DNA from: Acidobacteriota bacterium | GTDB taxonomy: Bacteria > Acidobacteriota > UBA6911 | DNA length: 64,000 nucleotides | NCBI GenBank assembly: GCA_963664705.1 | Contig: OY761556.1 | Location: 832,001-896,000 of the forward strand | Direction of reading: 5' to 3' | In this document: one piece after another, positions 50,097 through 59,393 of the stretch | How positions within the stretch are numbered: the first letter of the stretch is position 1 | Layout of the letters: the number at the start of each line of letters is the position of its first letter | Made by a program: the position numbers and the translations under genes | Notes under the pieces: generated by a model | What the model was told of the DNA's origin: nothing | Databases searched by the model: none | The model's input: only the letters and a program-made list of their open reading frames with translations

Positions 50097-50870
50097 ATGC
50101 TGGAGCTAAAAAACCTGGCCAAATACAGGCGTTATCTGATTGAAGATGCCAACCTGCTGGTGGTGCGCGGGAGCATTATGCCGATAATCGCGGGGATGCG
50201 CGAATATGATTCTCGCCACAGGATCACCCCTCCACCCGAAAAATTGGATGCTCTGATTCAGGAGCTTCTGGCAACGACAGCGCTTTCGGCGATTTCGCTT
50301 GCCGACAGGGAATCCTGGGGGTGGTCGCTTACATTCAGGGGGATGAATGTAGGATTTTTCGTGGGGATTGAGCCGGAGGGAATGGTCTGCCTGAAGATTC
50401 TGGACGCTGAATCGGAAAGGGTCTCGGTTATGGTCCAAAGACAGAAGGCCGGGCTGCCAATGACCCAGAGCCATATCAAGGCGCGCACCACGAGTCCGCG
50501 TGCGATGGTCGAACAGTATTTCGCCGAGGTGGATCAGACGGGAACTCGACTTGAAGTAAGGGAAAATGGAGACGGCATTCTTGTGCAGGCCCTGCCCGGA
50601 GGCAATTTTGACGCGGTGCGTTCTCTTGATGACGATGCATTGTTTGCGTATCTCGACACTGCATTAAGTGGCGGACGTGTTAAAGCCCTCGATGAAGTAC
50701 TGCTGTTTTATGAATGCCGGTGTTCGGAAGATATGATTATCCGGATGGTGGATAACATGAGCGAAATGGATCGCAAAGATATCTTCGGCGATTTGCCGTA
50801 TGTATCGATCGAGTGCCCTCGATGCGGCCGAGCCTACACTGTGACAAGAACCGACATAAGCATTCACTGA
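50097..50870 (+). CDS. Hsp33 (HslO)-like redox chaperone, divergent
   Basis: C-terminal zinc motif ECRCS...IECPRCGRAY, YFAEVDQ and LVQALPG segments. Confidence 0.7.
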   Translation: MLELKNLAKYRRYLIEDANLLVVRGSIMPIIAGMREYDSRHRITPPPEKLDALIQELLATTALSAISLADRESWGWSLTFRGMNVGFFVGIEPEGMVCLKILDAESERVSVMVQRQKAGLPMTQSHIKARTTSPRAMVEQYFAEVDQTGTRLEVRENGDGILVQALPGGNFDAVRSLDDDALFAYLDTALSGGRVKALDEVLLFYECRCSEDMIIRMVDNMSEMDRKDIFGDLPYVSIECPRCGRAYTVTRTDISIH

Positions 50871-50879
50871 GCTGAACCA

Positions 50880-51656
50880 ATGTGCCTGATCTTTGTGGCG
50901 GTTGAAGCCCATCCAAAATACCGACTGATCATTGCCGCTAATCGCGATGAATTCTACGATCGACCATCCGCGCCCGCCTCCTTTTGGTCTGACGCGCCAT
51001 GGCTGCTCGCGGGCAGAGATCTTCGAGCCGGCGGCACATGGTTGGGCGTTACCAGGAATGGACGCTTTGCGGCCTTGACCAACTACAGAGATCCGGAGTC
51101 GAACCGAGTTACTGCGCCTTCTCGAGGACACCTGGTTTCCGATTTTCTGCTCGGCGCGATGGAGTCTGCGGATTATCTGGCGCATCTGTGCCCGAATGCT
51201 CATCAATATAACGGGTTCAACCTTCTTGCAGGACAAGGCGCGGATTTGCATTGCTACTCCAGCAGCACGGGAGAAATCCAATCGCTTGAGCCTGGAATTC
51301 ACGGCTTGAGCAACCACCTGATGGATACCCCATGGCCCAAGGTAAAAAAGGGAAAACAGTCGTTGCAGTTGCTGCTGGCTGAAAAGGATGTTTGCCCTGA
51401 GGACCTGTTCCGCCTTCTCCATGACAATGAAGCCGCGCCGGATGAGTCGCTGCCGGATACGGGCGTAGGCCTGGCCTTGGAGCGTATGCTGTCTCCCGTT
51501 TTTATCAACAGTCCTGACTACGGCACACGGTCATCCACCGTGCTTCTGATGGAGCAATCCGGCAGGGTCACGTTTGTTGAGAAATCGTTTCGGGATGGTT
51601 CCGGGCCTCCGTCCACGGTTGAATTCTCGTTCATGTCGGGAATCGATTTGCCCTGA
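50880..51656 (+). CDS. NRDE/TANGO2 family protein
   Basis: MCLIF, ANRDEFYDRP, GGTWLG, SRGHLV, YGTRSST. Confidence 0.93.
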   Translation: MCLIFVAVEAHPKYRLIIAANRDEFYDRPSAPASFWSDAPWLLAGRDLRAGGTWLGVTRNGRFAALTNYRDPESNRVTAPSRGHLVSDFLLGAMESADYLAHLCPNAHQYNGFNLLAGQGADLHCYSSSTGEIQSLEPGIHGLSNHLMDTPWPKVKKGKQSLQLLLAEKDVCPEDLFRLLHDNEAAPDESLPDTGVGLALERMLSPVFINSPDYGTRSSTVLLMEQSGRVTFVEKSFRDGSGPPSTVEFSFMSGIDLP

Positions 51657-51843
51657 TAACGGTGGTTTCCGTGCAGCGGCAGATGCTGATCCGCGCCGGA
51701 TCGTTCTGTCTCATTTACCCGGCTTGCGAAAAAAGGGAAATGGGAATCTCGTCCGCTGCCGATTCATTTAGCACTTAGAGGGTATGCATTTTTCTGTGAT
51801 AAGATGCAGACATTTCATTTCAAAATGACAGGAGAATTTCCTC

Positions 51844-52677
51844 ATGTTTAGAACACGGCTGTTAATGTCCATGATCCTTGCCGCATTCTTTGCATTTTGT
51901 GTCCAGGCCGAAGAGACGGATATGAAGGGCAGCCAGGATCATCCGCTTTTGACGCGCATGCAAAACATGTACATTACGGTGTACAAGACCTCGGAGTTCG
52001 ATCAGTTCGCTTTCAGAACCGGACCCAAATTGGCCACCACTCCTGTGGAAGGGAAAAAGTTCGAGATCCGATATGTTGCCAAGGCCGGAGCGGTGCCTCC
52101 TACCCCGGTCGCCGTTATCCGTAACCACCAGCAGGCTATTGCCAAGATCGGTGGATCTACTGTCTTTGAAGACGCGAGATATGCCACGCTGAAAGTTGTC
52201 AAGGACGGGAAAGAGATTTGGATCCAGGTCGATACCGCATGGGGGAGGGGATACTTTTTGACCATCGTAGAGAAACAGGCGATGGTTCAGGAAGTGACCG
52301 CGAATGCAGACTTTTTTAAATCCGGCTTGAATTCTACCGGCCACGTCGAAGTTCCGGGGATCTTTTTCGATACGGGGAAATCCATCCTGAAGCCCGAATC
52401 GGATGCTGCGGTGGCTGAAGTTGCCAAGTTGCTGCAGGCGGACGCCGCACTGAAGGTTTATGTAGTGGGTCATACGGACAATGTGGCTGCGCTGGACCTC
52501 AATATGAAACTGTCTCAGGCCCGAGCGGAGGCTGTGGTGCAGGCGCTTGTTACAAAACATGGCATTGCCGCCGCGCGCTTAACCGGCCGTGGCGCGGGTC
52601 CCCTTTGCCCGGTGGCCAGCAATGATGCCGAAGAGGGGCGTGCCAAGAACCGCCGCGTGGAGCTGGTCAAACAGTAG
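51844..52677 (+). CDS. exported OmpA-family peptidoglycan-binding protein
   Basis: Signal peptide, GSQDHPLL, FFDTGKS, VGHTD, LSQARA, NRRVELV. Confidence 0.9.
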   Translation: MFRTRLLMSMILAAFFAFCVQAEETDMKGSQDHPLLTRMQNMYITVYKTSEFDQFAFRTGPKLATTPVEGKKFEIRYVAKAGAVPPTPVAVIRNHQQAIAKIGGSTVFEDARYATLKVVKDGKEIWIQVDTAWGRGYFLTIVEKQAMVQEVTANADFFKSGLNSTGHVEVPGIFFDTGKSILKPESDAAVAEVAKLLQADAALKVYVVGHTDNVAALDLNMKLSQARAEAVVQALVTKHGIAAARLTGRGAGPLCPVASNDAEEGRAKNRRVELVKQ

Positions 52678-52704
52678 CCTCGAACTGTCGTCAAAGGTCT
52701 CCTT

Positions 52705-52805
52705 CGGGGACGTTCCGCTCGCTCCTCCCATTTTTCAGTATCCACGGCACCCAGCCGGATTGCTGAAAATAGGAGAATGCGTGAGGAATGTCCCCGTTTT
52801 TTTTT
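52705..52805 (+). terminator. long imperfect hairpin terminator with GGGGACGTTCC/GGAATGTCCCC ends
   Basis: ~90-nt fold-back followed by T9 after the OmpA gene. Confidence 0.7.
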
Positions 52806-52905
52806 AGTCCAGCTTCCGGTTTGAAGTAAAATCCGCTCTGCGAAGCTCGAACTTGAGAGCGCAGATTCCAAATAATTGCCTGCCCTTTTTGTGGAGGTTC
52901 ATTCC

Positions 52906-54294
52906 ATGACCAGAACTGTTGTTGAGCCGACTCGTGAGATAGAAGTGTGCCAGGAAGCGGATGTTGTCGTCATAGGCGGTGGGCCGGGCGGCATTGGATC
53001 CGCGCTCGCTGCGGCCAGAGCCGGCGCGAAGACGGTGCTGGTCGAGCGCTATGGACATCTCGGTGGAATGTCAACCGGCGGCCTGGTTGCCATTATCCCA
53101 AATCTCAGCACAATTCAGGGAGAGCAATGGATTGCCGGAATCTGCCAGGAGTTGATCGATAGAGTCGACGCGCGCGGGGCAGCTCATGTCCCCAAGAGGG
53201 AAAACTGGGGCTCCGACGATGAGAAACTCGTTAAATACTACATCGATGCCAATTTCGCTTTTTTCTATATTCGGGACGATCTCAAAACGAGACGTAAGCG
53301 GGTTCTATACACTGCATTGGTCGATCCGGAAATTCTGAAATGCGAGCTGAACAACATGATGGAAGAAGCGGGCGTCCAACTCTGTCTCCATTCATGGGGG
53401 ACTCGCCCGATCATGGAAGGGAATACGGTGAAGGGTGTTTTCATCGAAAACAAGTCGGGACGGCAGGCCATTCTGGCAAAAGTTGTGATCGACTGTACCG
53501 GTGACGGCGATCTTCTCAAACCGGCAGGAGCCGAATGCGATCCACGGATGCTTCCAGGGATGAGAATCGCCGCATTCGCTTTTCCATTCTGGATCGGGAA
53601 CGTCAACATGAAGAAGCTTGAAGAATTCAGGGAGACGCAGCCGAAGCGATATGCCGAGTTGATGGATGATTTAAGAGGGCGGGGCGGCGCCGGGTATTAT
53701 ATAAAGGACCTTCTTCCGCAACACGATGGAGTCGCCTGGTTCTATCCGTTTCTCCCGAGTCTGGATCAGGATGATATCGTCGAGATCAATCGGGCAGAGC
53801 TTCAAGGCCGTAAGCTCATGCAATCCTCGTATGAGTTTTATCGACGACATCTCCCCGGGTTTGAGAACAGCTATATTACGCTCAGCTCAATGCAACTCGG
53901 CATTCAGGGCGGGCAGCGAGTCGTAGGAGAATATGTCCTGGGTCAAAAGGATATGGTGTCCGATGAAATATTCGATGACACCATCGCGGTATTCCCCAAC
54001 AACGACAACGGCGAGGACTCCGCCCGGCATCCTAGCGTTTGTATCCCCTACCGCGCGCTTGTCCCCAAAGGAGTTGAAGGTCTGCTGGTCGCCTGTCGCG
54101 CCTATTCCTCAGAGTATCAGCATAACGAGTATTTCAATCTGATTCCCCATTGCATCGCCTTTGGTCAGGCAGCCGGATCCGCGGCTGCTCTTGCGGTGAA
54201 AGCCGGAATCAGGCCAAGAGATATTGACATCCGTCTGCTGCAGAAGCATCTGCTCAACCATGGAGTCTTGCTCCCCAAGTCCGTGGCTGTGTAG
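52906..54294 (+). CDS. FAD-dependent oxidoreductase (FAD_oxidored family)
   Basis: GGGPGG, ERYGHLGG, IDCTGDGD, IPYRALVP, GQAAG. Confidence 0.88.
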   Translation: MTRTVVEPTREIEVCQEADVVVIGGGPGGIGSALAAARAGAKTVLVERYGHLGGMSTGGLVAIIPNLSTIQGEQWIAGICQELIDRVDARGAAHVPKRENWGSDDEKLVKYYIDANFAFFYIRDDLKTRRKRVLYTALVDPEILKCELNNMMEEAGVQLCLHSWGTRPIMEGNTVKGVFIENKSGRQAILAKVVIDCTGDGDLLKPAGAECDPRMLPGMRIAAFAFPFWIGNVNMKKLEEFRETQPKRYAELMDDLRGRGGAGYYIKDLLPQHDGVAWFYPFLPSLDQDDIVEINRAELQGRKLMQSSYEFYRRHLPGFENSYITLSSMQLGIQGGQRVVGEYVLGQKDMVSDEIFDDTIAVFPNNDNGEDSARHPSVCIPYRALVPKGVEGLLVACRAYSSEYQHNEYFNLIPHCIAFGQAAGSAAALAVKAGIRPRDIDIRLLQKHLLNHGVLLPKSVAV

Positions 54295-54444
54295 GGCATT
54301 CTAGGGATTGAAAGGGGCGGCGCGGATTATCTGGCATTCAGGGACGGCAGGCATGTGAAGCAACGATCACGACGCGATTTCTGCGATCGGTTTTATTGAC
54401 GCTCCGGACAACGCAGGATACGTCCCGCCAAAAGGGGAATTGAA

Positions 54445-56736
54445 ATGGCTGATATCGTGGATGAAGAAACAGGGGTAGAGATCAGGAAGACAATCTGCTG
54501 GCCGTCTCCGGGCTGTCATTGCAATTGCGGCCTGCTGGTACGCGTCAAAGACAACAAGATACTAAGCATCCGGGGGAATCCTGACTTCCCATACAATCGC
54601 GGGTCTGTCTGCGCCGAGCGCATGCCTCACTTCCGCAAATGGCTCGATCATCCCGATCAGCTGCAGCATCCGCTCAAACGCAAAGGAGAGCGCGGCGAAA
54701 ATCTGTGGGAGAGAATTTCCTGGGAGCAGGCGCTGGACGAGATCTCCGCAAAACTGCTGGCTCTCAAGGCCGAGCACGGCGCCGAGTGTCTGTCCACGAT
54801 CGAGGGGACCTATCGCTCCGATTTCTACGCTATCCGGGCACGATTCCTGAATCTGTTTGGCAACCCGGCCAACGTGGGGGCTTCCGGGACAGCCTGCGCA
54901 TGCAACAAGGTCGCGCTGTCCTTCGCATTGGCCGGAACCAATATTCCCTGCATCCTGGCGCCTCCCATCAAGCATTTGAACTGCCTGGTACTGCTGGGTC
55001 GGGATTATACATTTTCAAATCCGATCCGGCGGCGCCCGATGCAGAAATGGCGTGCGCAGAATTCCGGCGCCAAGCTGATCGTCATAGATCCGCGGCAGAC
55101 AGAGATGGCCAAAATGGCCGATATCTGGTTGCAGCTACGCCCTGGGACGGACACAGCCCTGCTCATGGGCTGGATCCATGTGATTATTTCGCGCCAGCTT
55201 TACGACCGAGCCTTCGTCGAACAATGGACCTATGGTTTTGAGCAGCTCAAACAGCGCGCAGCGGAGTATACGCCGGAACGCGTTGCCGAGATCACATGGA
55301 TCCCGGCCGATCAGATCATCGCTTCCGCAATCGCCTATGCCGGCAATAAACCCGGATGTATCACCAGCGGACTGGCGCCCGATCAGCTGGGCCTCAACGC
55401 CACGCGCGTGGAGCAGGCCAAGCTTTGTCTGCATGCCATTACCGGGAACATGCGTGGTGATGCGCCCGGGCTCGCGCCCGAAGGTCCGGGCCCCGTTGTC
55501 AATGGCACCATGGCCCTGCGCGATTCCATGATGCAAATGGCGGAGTTGTGCCCGCCGGAACAACGAGCCAAACAGCTGGGCAGCGATCGGTTCAAGTTGA
55601 TGACCTGGCCTGCGTATGAGCGTATGAACGCAATGTATGAGCAGACGTATGGCGTGCCTATATCCATGAGCGGCCACAGCTTTACTGCCCCGGAACCGGC
55701 CATCTGGCGCAGTATTGTGGATGGCGTCCCCTATCCTACGAAAGCTCTCATCACCTGGGGCAGTAATCCTCTGCTCAATGCAGCCAATACCAGGATGGTA
55801 TACAGAGCTTTGAAGAGCCCCAACCTTGATCTGCATGTAGTTTTGGAACACTTCATGACTCCGACGGCCCTGCTGGCGGATTATGTCCTTCCCGCAGCCA
55901 GCAAACTGGAGCGCGGGACGTTGTCCACGATGGAGGATTTCACCTCCGTTTTCGTCGCGGCCGAGCGTGCCATCCCGCCTATCGGCGAGCGCAAATCGGA
56001 TTATTATTTTTTCCGCGAGCTCGCTATCCGGATGGGTTTTGGCGAGCACTTTCCGTGGGAAACCGACGAGGATCTCTATAACTATCGCCTTCAGCCCTTG
56101 GGGATTACCTTCGAAGAGGCAGCCACGAAAAGGTATGTTATCGCCAGTTCTGAATCCTGGACATACGACAAGATTAATCCGCGAACTGGAAAGATAACGG
56201 GTTTCGCTACGCGCAGCGGCAAGTTCGAGCTCTATTCGAATATCCTCGAGGAACTGGGATATGATCCGCTTCCTTATTATGAAGAACCTCCCGAGAGCCC
56301 GATACGAACTCCGGAAATTGCGGCCGAATACCCGCTCATATTGATCAATGGCGGGCGATTTCTTCCGCAGTTTCAATCCGAGCATCGACAGTTCGGTATG
56401 GGGCTGCGCGAACAACACCCCGATCCGCTTCTGCAGATTCATCCGGAAACAGCAGCCCGGCTGGATCTTCGAGAAGGAGACTGGGCGCGAATTGAATCAC
56501 CCAGAGGCGCCATTATCATGAAAACGCAGCTTACTCCGGGCATCGATCCGCGTGTTGTGCATGCAGAGCATTGCTGGTGGTTTCCTGAACAGCCGGGAGA
56601 AGAGCCGTCTTTGCATGGTCTGTGGCAGTCGAATGTAAATGTATTGACCACCGATGAACTGGATACGTGCGACCAGGTTACCGGAAGCTGGCCGGGCAGA
56701 GCCTTGTTGTGTCGAGTGAGCCGGGTCAGCGTCTAG
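54445..56736 (+). CDS. cytoplasmic Mo/W-bis-PGD oxidoreductase, acetylene hydratase-like clade
   Basis: CWPSPGCHCNC...C 4Fe-4S motif, RISWEQALD, IDPR, LRPGTDTAL, ADYVLPAA, EHCWW; no Tat signal. Confidence 0.88.
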   Translation: MADIVDEETGVEIRKTICWPSPGCHCNCGLLVRVKDNKILSIRGNPDFPYNRGSVCAERMPHFRKWLDHPDQLQHPLKRKGERGENLWERISWEQALDEISAKLLALKAEHGAECLSTIEGTYRSDFYAIRARFLNLFGNPANVGASGTACACNKVALSFALAGTNIPCILAPPIKHLNCLVLLGRDYTFSNPIRRRPMQKWRAQNSGAKLIVIDPRQTEMAKMADIWLQLRPGTDTALLMGWIHVIISRQLYDRAFVEQWTYGFEQLKQRAAEYTPERVAEITWIPADQIIASAIAYAGNKPGCITSGLAPDQLGLNATRVEQAKLCLHAITGNMRGDAPGLAPEGPGPVVNGTMALRDSMMQMAELCPPEQRAKQLGSDRFKLMTWPAYERMNAMYEQTYGVPISMSGHSFTAPEPAIWRSIVDGVPYPTKALITWGSNPLLNAANTRMVYRALKSPNLDLHVVLEHFMTPTALLADYVLPAASKLERGTLSTMEDFTSVFVAAERAIPPIGERKSDYYFFRELAIRMGFGEHFPWETDEDLYNYRLQPLGITFEEAATKRYVIASSESWTYDKINPRTGKITGFATRSGKFELYSNILEELGYDPLPYYEEPPESPIRTPEIAAEYPLILINGGRFLPQFQSEHRQFGMGLREQHPDPLLQIHPETAARLDLREGDWARIESPRGAIIMKTQLTPGIDPRVVHAEHCWWFPEQPGEEPSLHGLWQSNVNVLTTDELDTCDQVTGSWPGRALLCRVSRVSV

Positions 56737-56754
56737 CCGGGTGCGCAATCTTAC

Positions 56755-56797
56755 GTGGAATTCGTGGCAGAGGGGCTCTTTCTGTCGCGAATTCCAC
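56755..56797. repeat. GTGGAATTCG-family hairpin between convergent genes
   Basis: GTGGAATTCGTGGCAGA...TCTGTCGCGAATTCCAC, 17 bp with two G-U wobbles. Confidence 0.7.
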
Positions 56798-56803
56798 CGG
56801 CGG

Positions 56804-57913
56804 CTAAAAGCCGAGATTGTGGGTCATCAGCAGATCTGCGCATAGTGCATTCAGATTTTTCTGAACGCTGGGGGGGATGCGGATCCCTTCCACCATCGCC
56901 TTTTTCATGCATTCGTACGCCTTTTCTCCCGCGGTATATATTCTGGCGTTGGGGCCGGCATCCGGAGTTCTTTCGTATGCCCTCAATTCCCTCAGAATGC
57001 TTCCGGTCGTATGTTTGAAATTTTCCACCGGGAGGAAATTCGCAATATTGATTGCCATGAAGAAATGGCCGATGCGGGAGGGTTGTTGCTTCCCGTCCTT
57101 ATCGTGATCGTGGAGTTGAGAGAGATAGCACCCATCCTGGAAGGCTGAGGAAAGAATCTCCACTATCGTTGCCAGCCCATATCCTTTATGCCCGCCCATC
57201 AGTTCCCCTTTTCCTCCGAGGGGAAGAAGCGCGGCCTTTCCCCTGTTCATTTGCTCGATCAGCCTGGAGCTGTCGGTTGCGGGCGATCCGTCTTCTTTGA
57301 TCACCCATCCTTCGGGAATTGGTTTTTTGGCGCGGGCGGCAATTTCAATTTTGCCGCGTGGAGCAATCGATGTGGCAGCATCGAATGTAAATGGAAACTC
57401 CTCATCGGTCGGAGCGCTGAATGCGATTGGGTTAGTACCCAACATGGGTTCGACGCCGAAGGTCGGGGCGATGGAAGGATGGGCGTTGGTAAAGCTCATC
57501 CCGACCATGCCTTCGTTGGCCGCCATCCGGGAATAGTAGCCGGCGATTCCGTAGTGGCTCGAATTTCGAACGGCAACTGCCCCCATGCCATATTTGTGGG
57601 CTTTTTCGATGGCCAGTTTCATTGCATTGAACCCGACAACCATTCCCATCCCATTGGCTCCGTCAACAACGGCGGTAGTGAGAGATTCATTTACGATTTT
57701 CCAATGGGTTGTCGGCTGCTGCAGTCCTGACTTGATGCGCTTGTAATACCAGTGAAGATGGGCGATCCCGTGAGAGCGAACGCCCTTCAGGTCGGAGGCG
57801 AGAAGGACATCTGCCGCAATTTCGGCATCGGGGCGGGGAAGCCCCATGCGAGTCATTGCCTCAATCATAAACTCGGTCAGCTTCTTAACGGGTACATAGA
57901 CGGCTTCTGCCAT
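56804..57913 (-). CDS. Ldh_2 family (malate/L-lactate/ureidoglycolate) dehydrogenase
   Basis: GVRSHG, RNSSHYG, GTNPIA, DAATS, GHKGYGL. Confidence 0.92.
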   Translation of the reverse strand: MAEAVYVPVKKLTEFMIEAMTRMGLPRPDAEIAADVLLASDLKGVRSHGIAHLHWYYKRIKSGLQQPTTHWKIVNESLTTAVVDGANGMGMVVGFNAMKLAIEKAHKYGMGAVAVRNSSHYGIAGYYSRMAANEGMVGMSFTNAHPSIAPTFGVEPMLGTNPIAFSAPTDEEFPFTFDAATSIAPRGKIEIAARAKKPIPEGWVIKEDGSPATDSSRLIEQMNRGKAALLPLGGKGELMGGHKGYGLATIVEILSSAFQDGCYLSQLHDHDKDGKQQPSRIGHFFMAINIANFLPVENFKHTTGSILRELRAYERTPDAGPNARIYTAGEKAYECMKKAMVEGIRIPPSVQKNLNALCADLLMTHNLGF

Positions 57914-58010
57914 GGCTGTCTCTCCATTGTTCAAGCCGGATTCCGAGATGGGGGGCAGGGTATTCCGCGCGGAATCCTTCAGTCCGTGTTCAGCATTCAC
58001 ACTCCATTTA

Positions 58011-59393
58011 CTAATCTTGGAACATTTTTCCCGGATTTAGAATATTCAATGGATCCAGCGCCTGTTTGATTTGCCGTTGAACTCCGACAGAAACCGGACC
58101 CAACGCCTGTTCGAAATATGGGCGCTTGAGAACTCCGACACCGTGTTCTCCGGACAGTGTTCCGCCCTGGGCGAGCGCAACTGCGAAGATCTCCTTTACC
58201 ATCTTCTCCACCTTTGCCCACTCTTCCGGCTTGCGCTTATCAAAGAGAATATTGGGATGCAGGTTCCCGTCTCCCGCGTGGCCGAAGATGACGATGGGAA
58301 GCCCGTATCGGGCGCTGATCTCGCGCAGTCGCTGCACGACTTCCGGAATGGCGCTGCGCGGAACTGTGATATCTTCACCCAGCTTATTGGGAGCCTTGCG
58401 GGCGAGCGACGGGGAAATGGAACGTCGGGCCTTCCACAAGCCGGCGCGCTCAGCTTCAGTTTTGGCAACCTTTACCGACCGGGCTCCATTGTCTGTACAG
58501 ATCTCTCCTGCCGCCTCGATTTCACGGATGACCGTCTGCTCATCCGAGCCATCCGTTTCGATAATCAGAGTGGCTTCAACATCGGTCGGCAATCCCAGGT
58601 GCATCGCCTCCTCTATGCAGGATATGGCTGTCTGGTCCATCAGTTCAAGGCTTGCCGGCACTATACCCGCCGCAATGATTGCATTGACGGCCTTGGACGC
58701 ATTTGCGAGAGAGCTGAATTCGCCCAGGGCGGTCTTGGCATATCGGGGCTTGGCGACCAGACGGAGGAGCGCTTCAGTGATGAGCCCAAGAGTCCCTTCG
58801 GATGCCGTAAACAGGGCATTCAGATTATAGCCGGTTACATCTTTGATCGGTTTACCCCCGGTTTTCAGAACACTGCCATTGGCCAGCACCACGGTCAGTC
58901 CCAATACGTAATTGCCTGTGACTCCATACTTCAGACAGCGAGCCCCACCTGCATTGCAGGCAATGTTGCCGCCGATGGTGGAATGGCGGATGCTGGATGG
59001 ATCCGGAGGATAAAAGAATCCCAGTTTTTCGACTTCTGCCTGCAGGTCGGATGTGACCACGCCAGCCTGGGCGCGGATCGTGGAATTGCCGGCATCGATT
59101 TCCAGAATCCTGTTCATTCGTGTGAAGCTGACAATGATGCCGCCGGCGCGAATCGGGATTGAGCCTGCAGCCAGTCCGGACCCCATGCCGCGCGCGATCA
59201 GCGAGGTGCGGGTTTCCGCTGCCAGCTTGACTACTTCCGCTGCCTGTTCCGTCGATTGCGGCAGCACGACCACGTCGGGCAGCCCTTCGGCAAAGGTTCC
59301 ATCATAGCTATACACGGCCAGGTCTTCCGGCGTGCACAGCACGCCATCCTTGCCGGCAATTCCCACCAAACGCTCGATAATTTTACTTTCCAT
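58011..59393 (-). CDS. glcD: FAD-linked 2-hydroxyacid oxidase subunit GlcD
   Basis: YPPDPSS, LKYGVT, KDVTGY, EDITVPR, GHAGDGNLHP, SGEHGVG, LNPGK. Confidence 0.88.
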   Translation of the reverse strand: MESKIIERLVGIAGKDGVLCTPEDLAVYSYDGTFAEGLPDVVVLPQSTEQAAEVVKLAAETRTSLIARGMGSGLAAGSIPIRAGGIIVSFTRMNRILEIDAGNSTIRAQAGVVTSDLQAEVEKLGFFYPPDPSSIRHSTIGGNIACNAGGARCLKYGVTGNYVLGLTVVLANGSVLKTGGKPIKDVTGYNLNALFTASEGTLGLITEALLRLVAKPRYAKTALGEFSSLANASKAVNAIIAAGIVPASLELMDQTAISCIEEAMHLGLPTDVEATLIIETDGSDEQTVIREIEAAGEICTDNGARSVKVAKTEAERAGLWKARRSISPSLARKAPNKLGEDITVPRSAIPEVVQRLREISARYGLPIVIFGHAGDGNLHPNILFDKRKPEEWAKVEKMVKEIFAVALAQGGTLSGEHGVGVLKRPYFEQALGPVSVGVQRQIKQALDPLNILNPGKMFQD

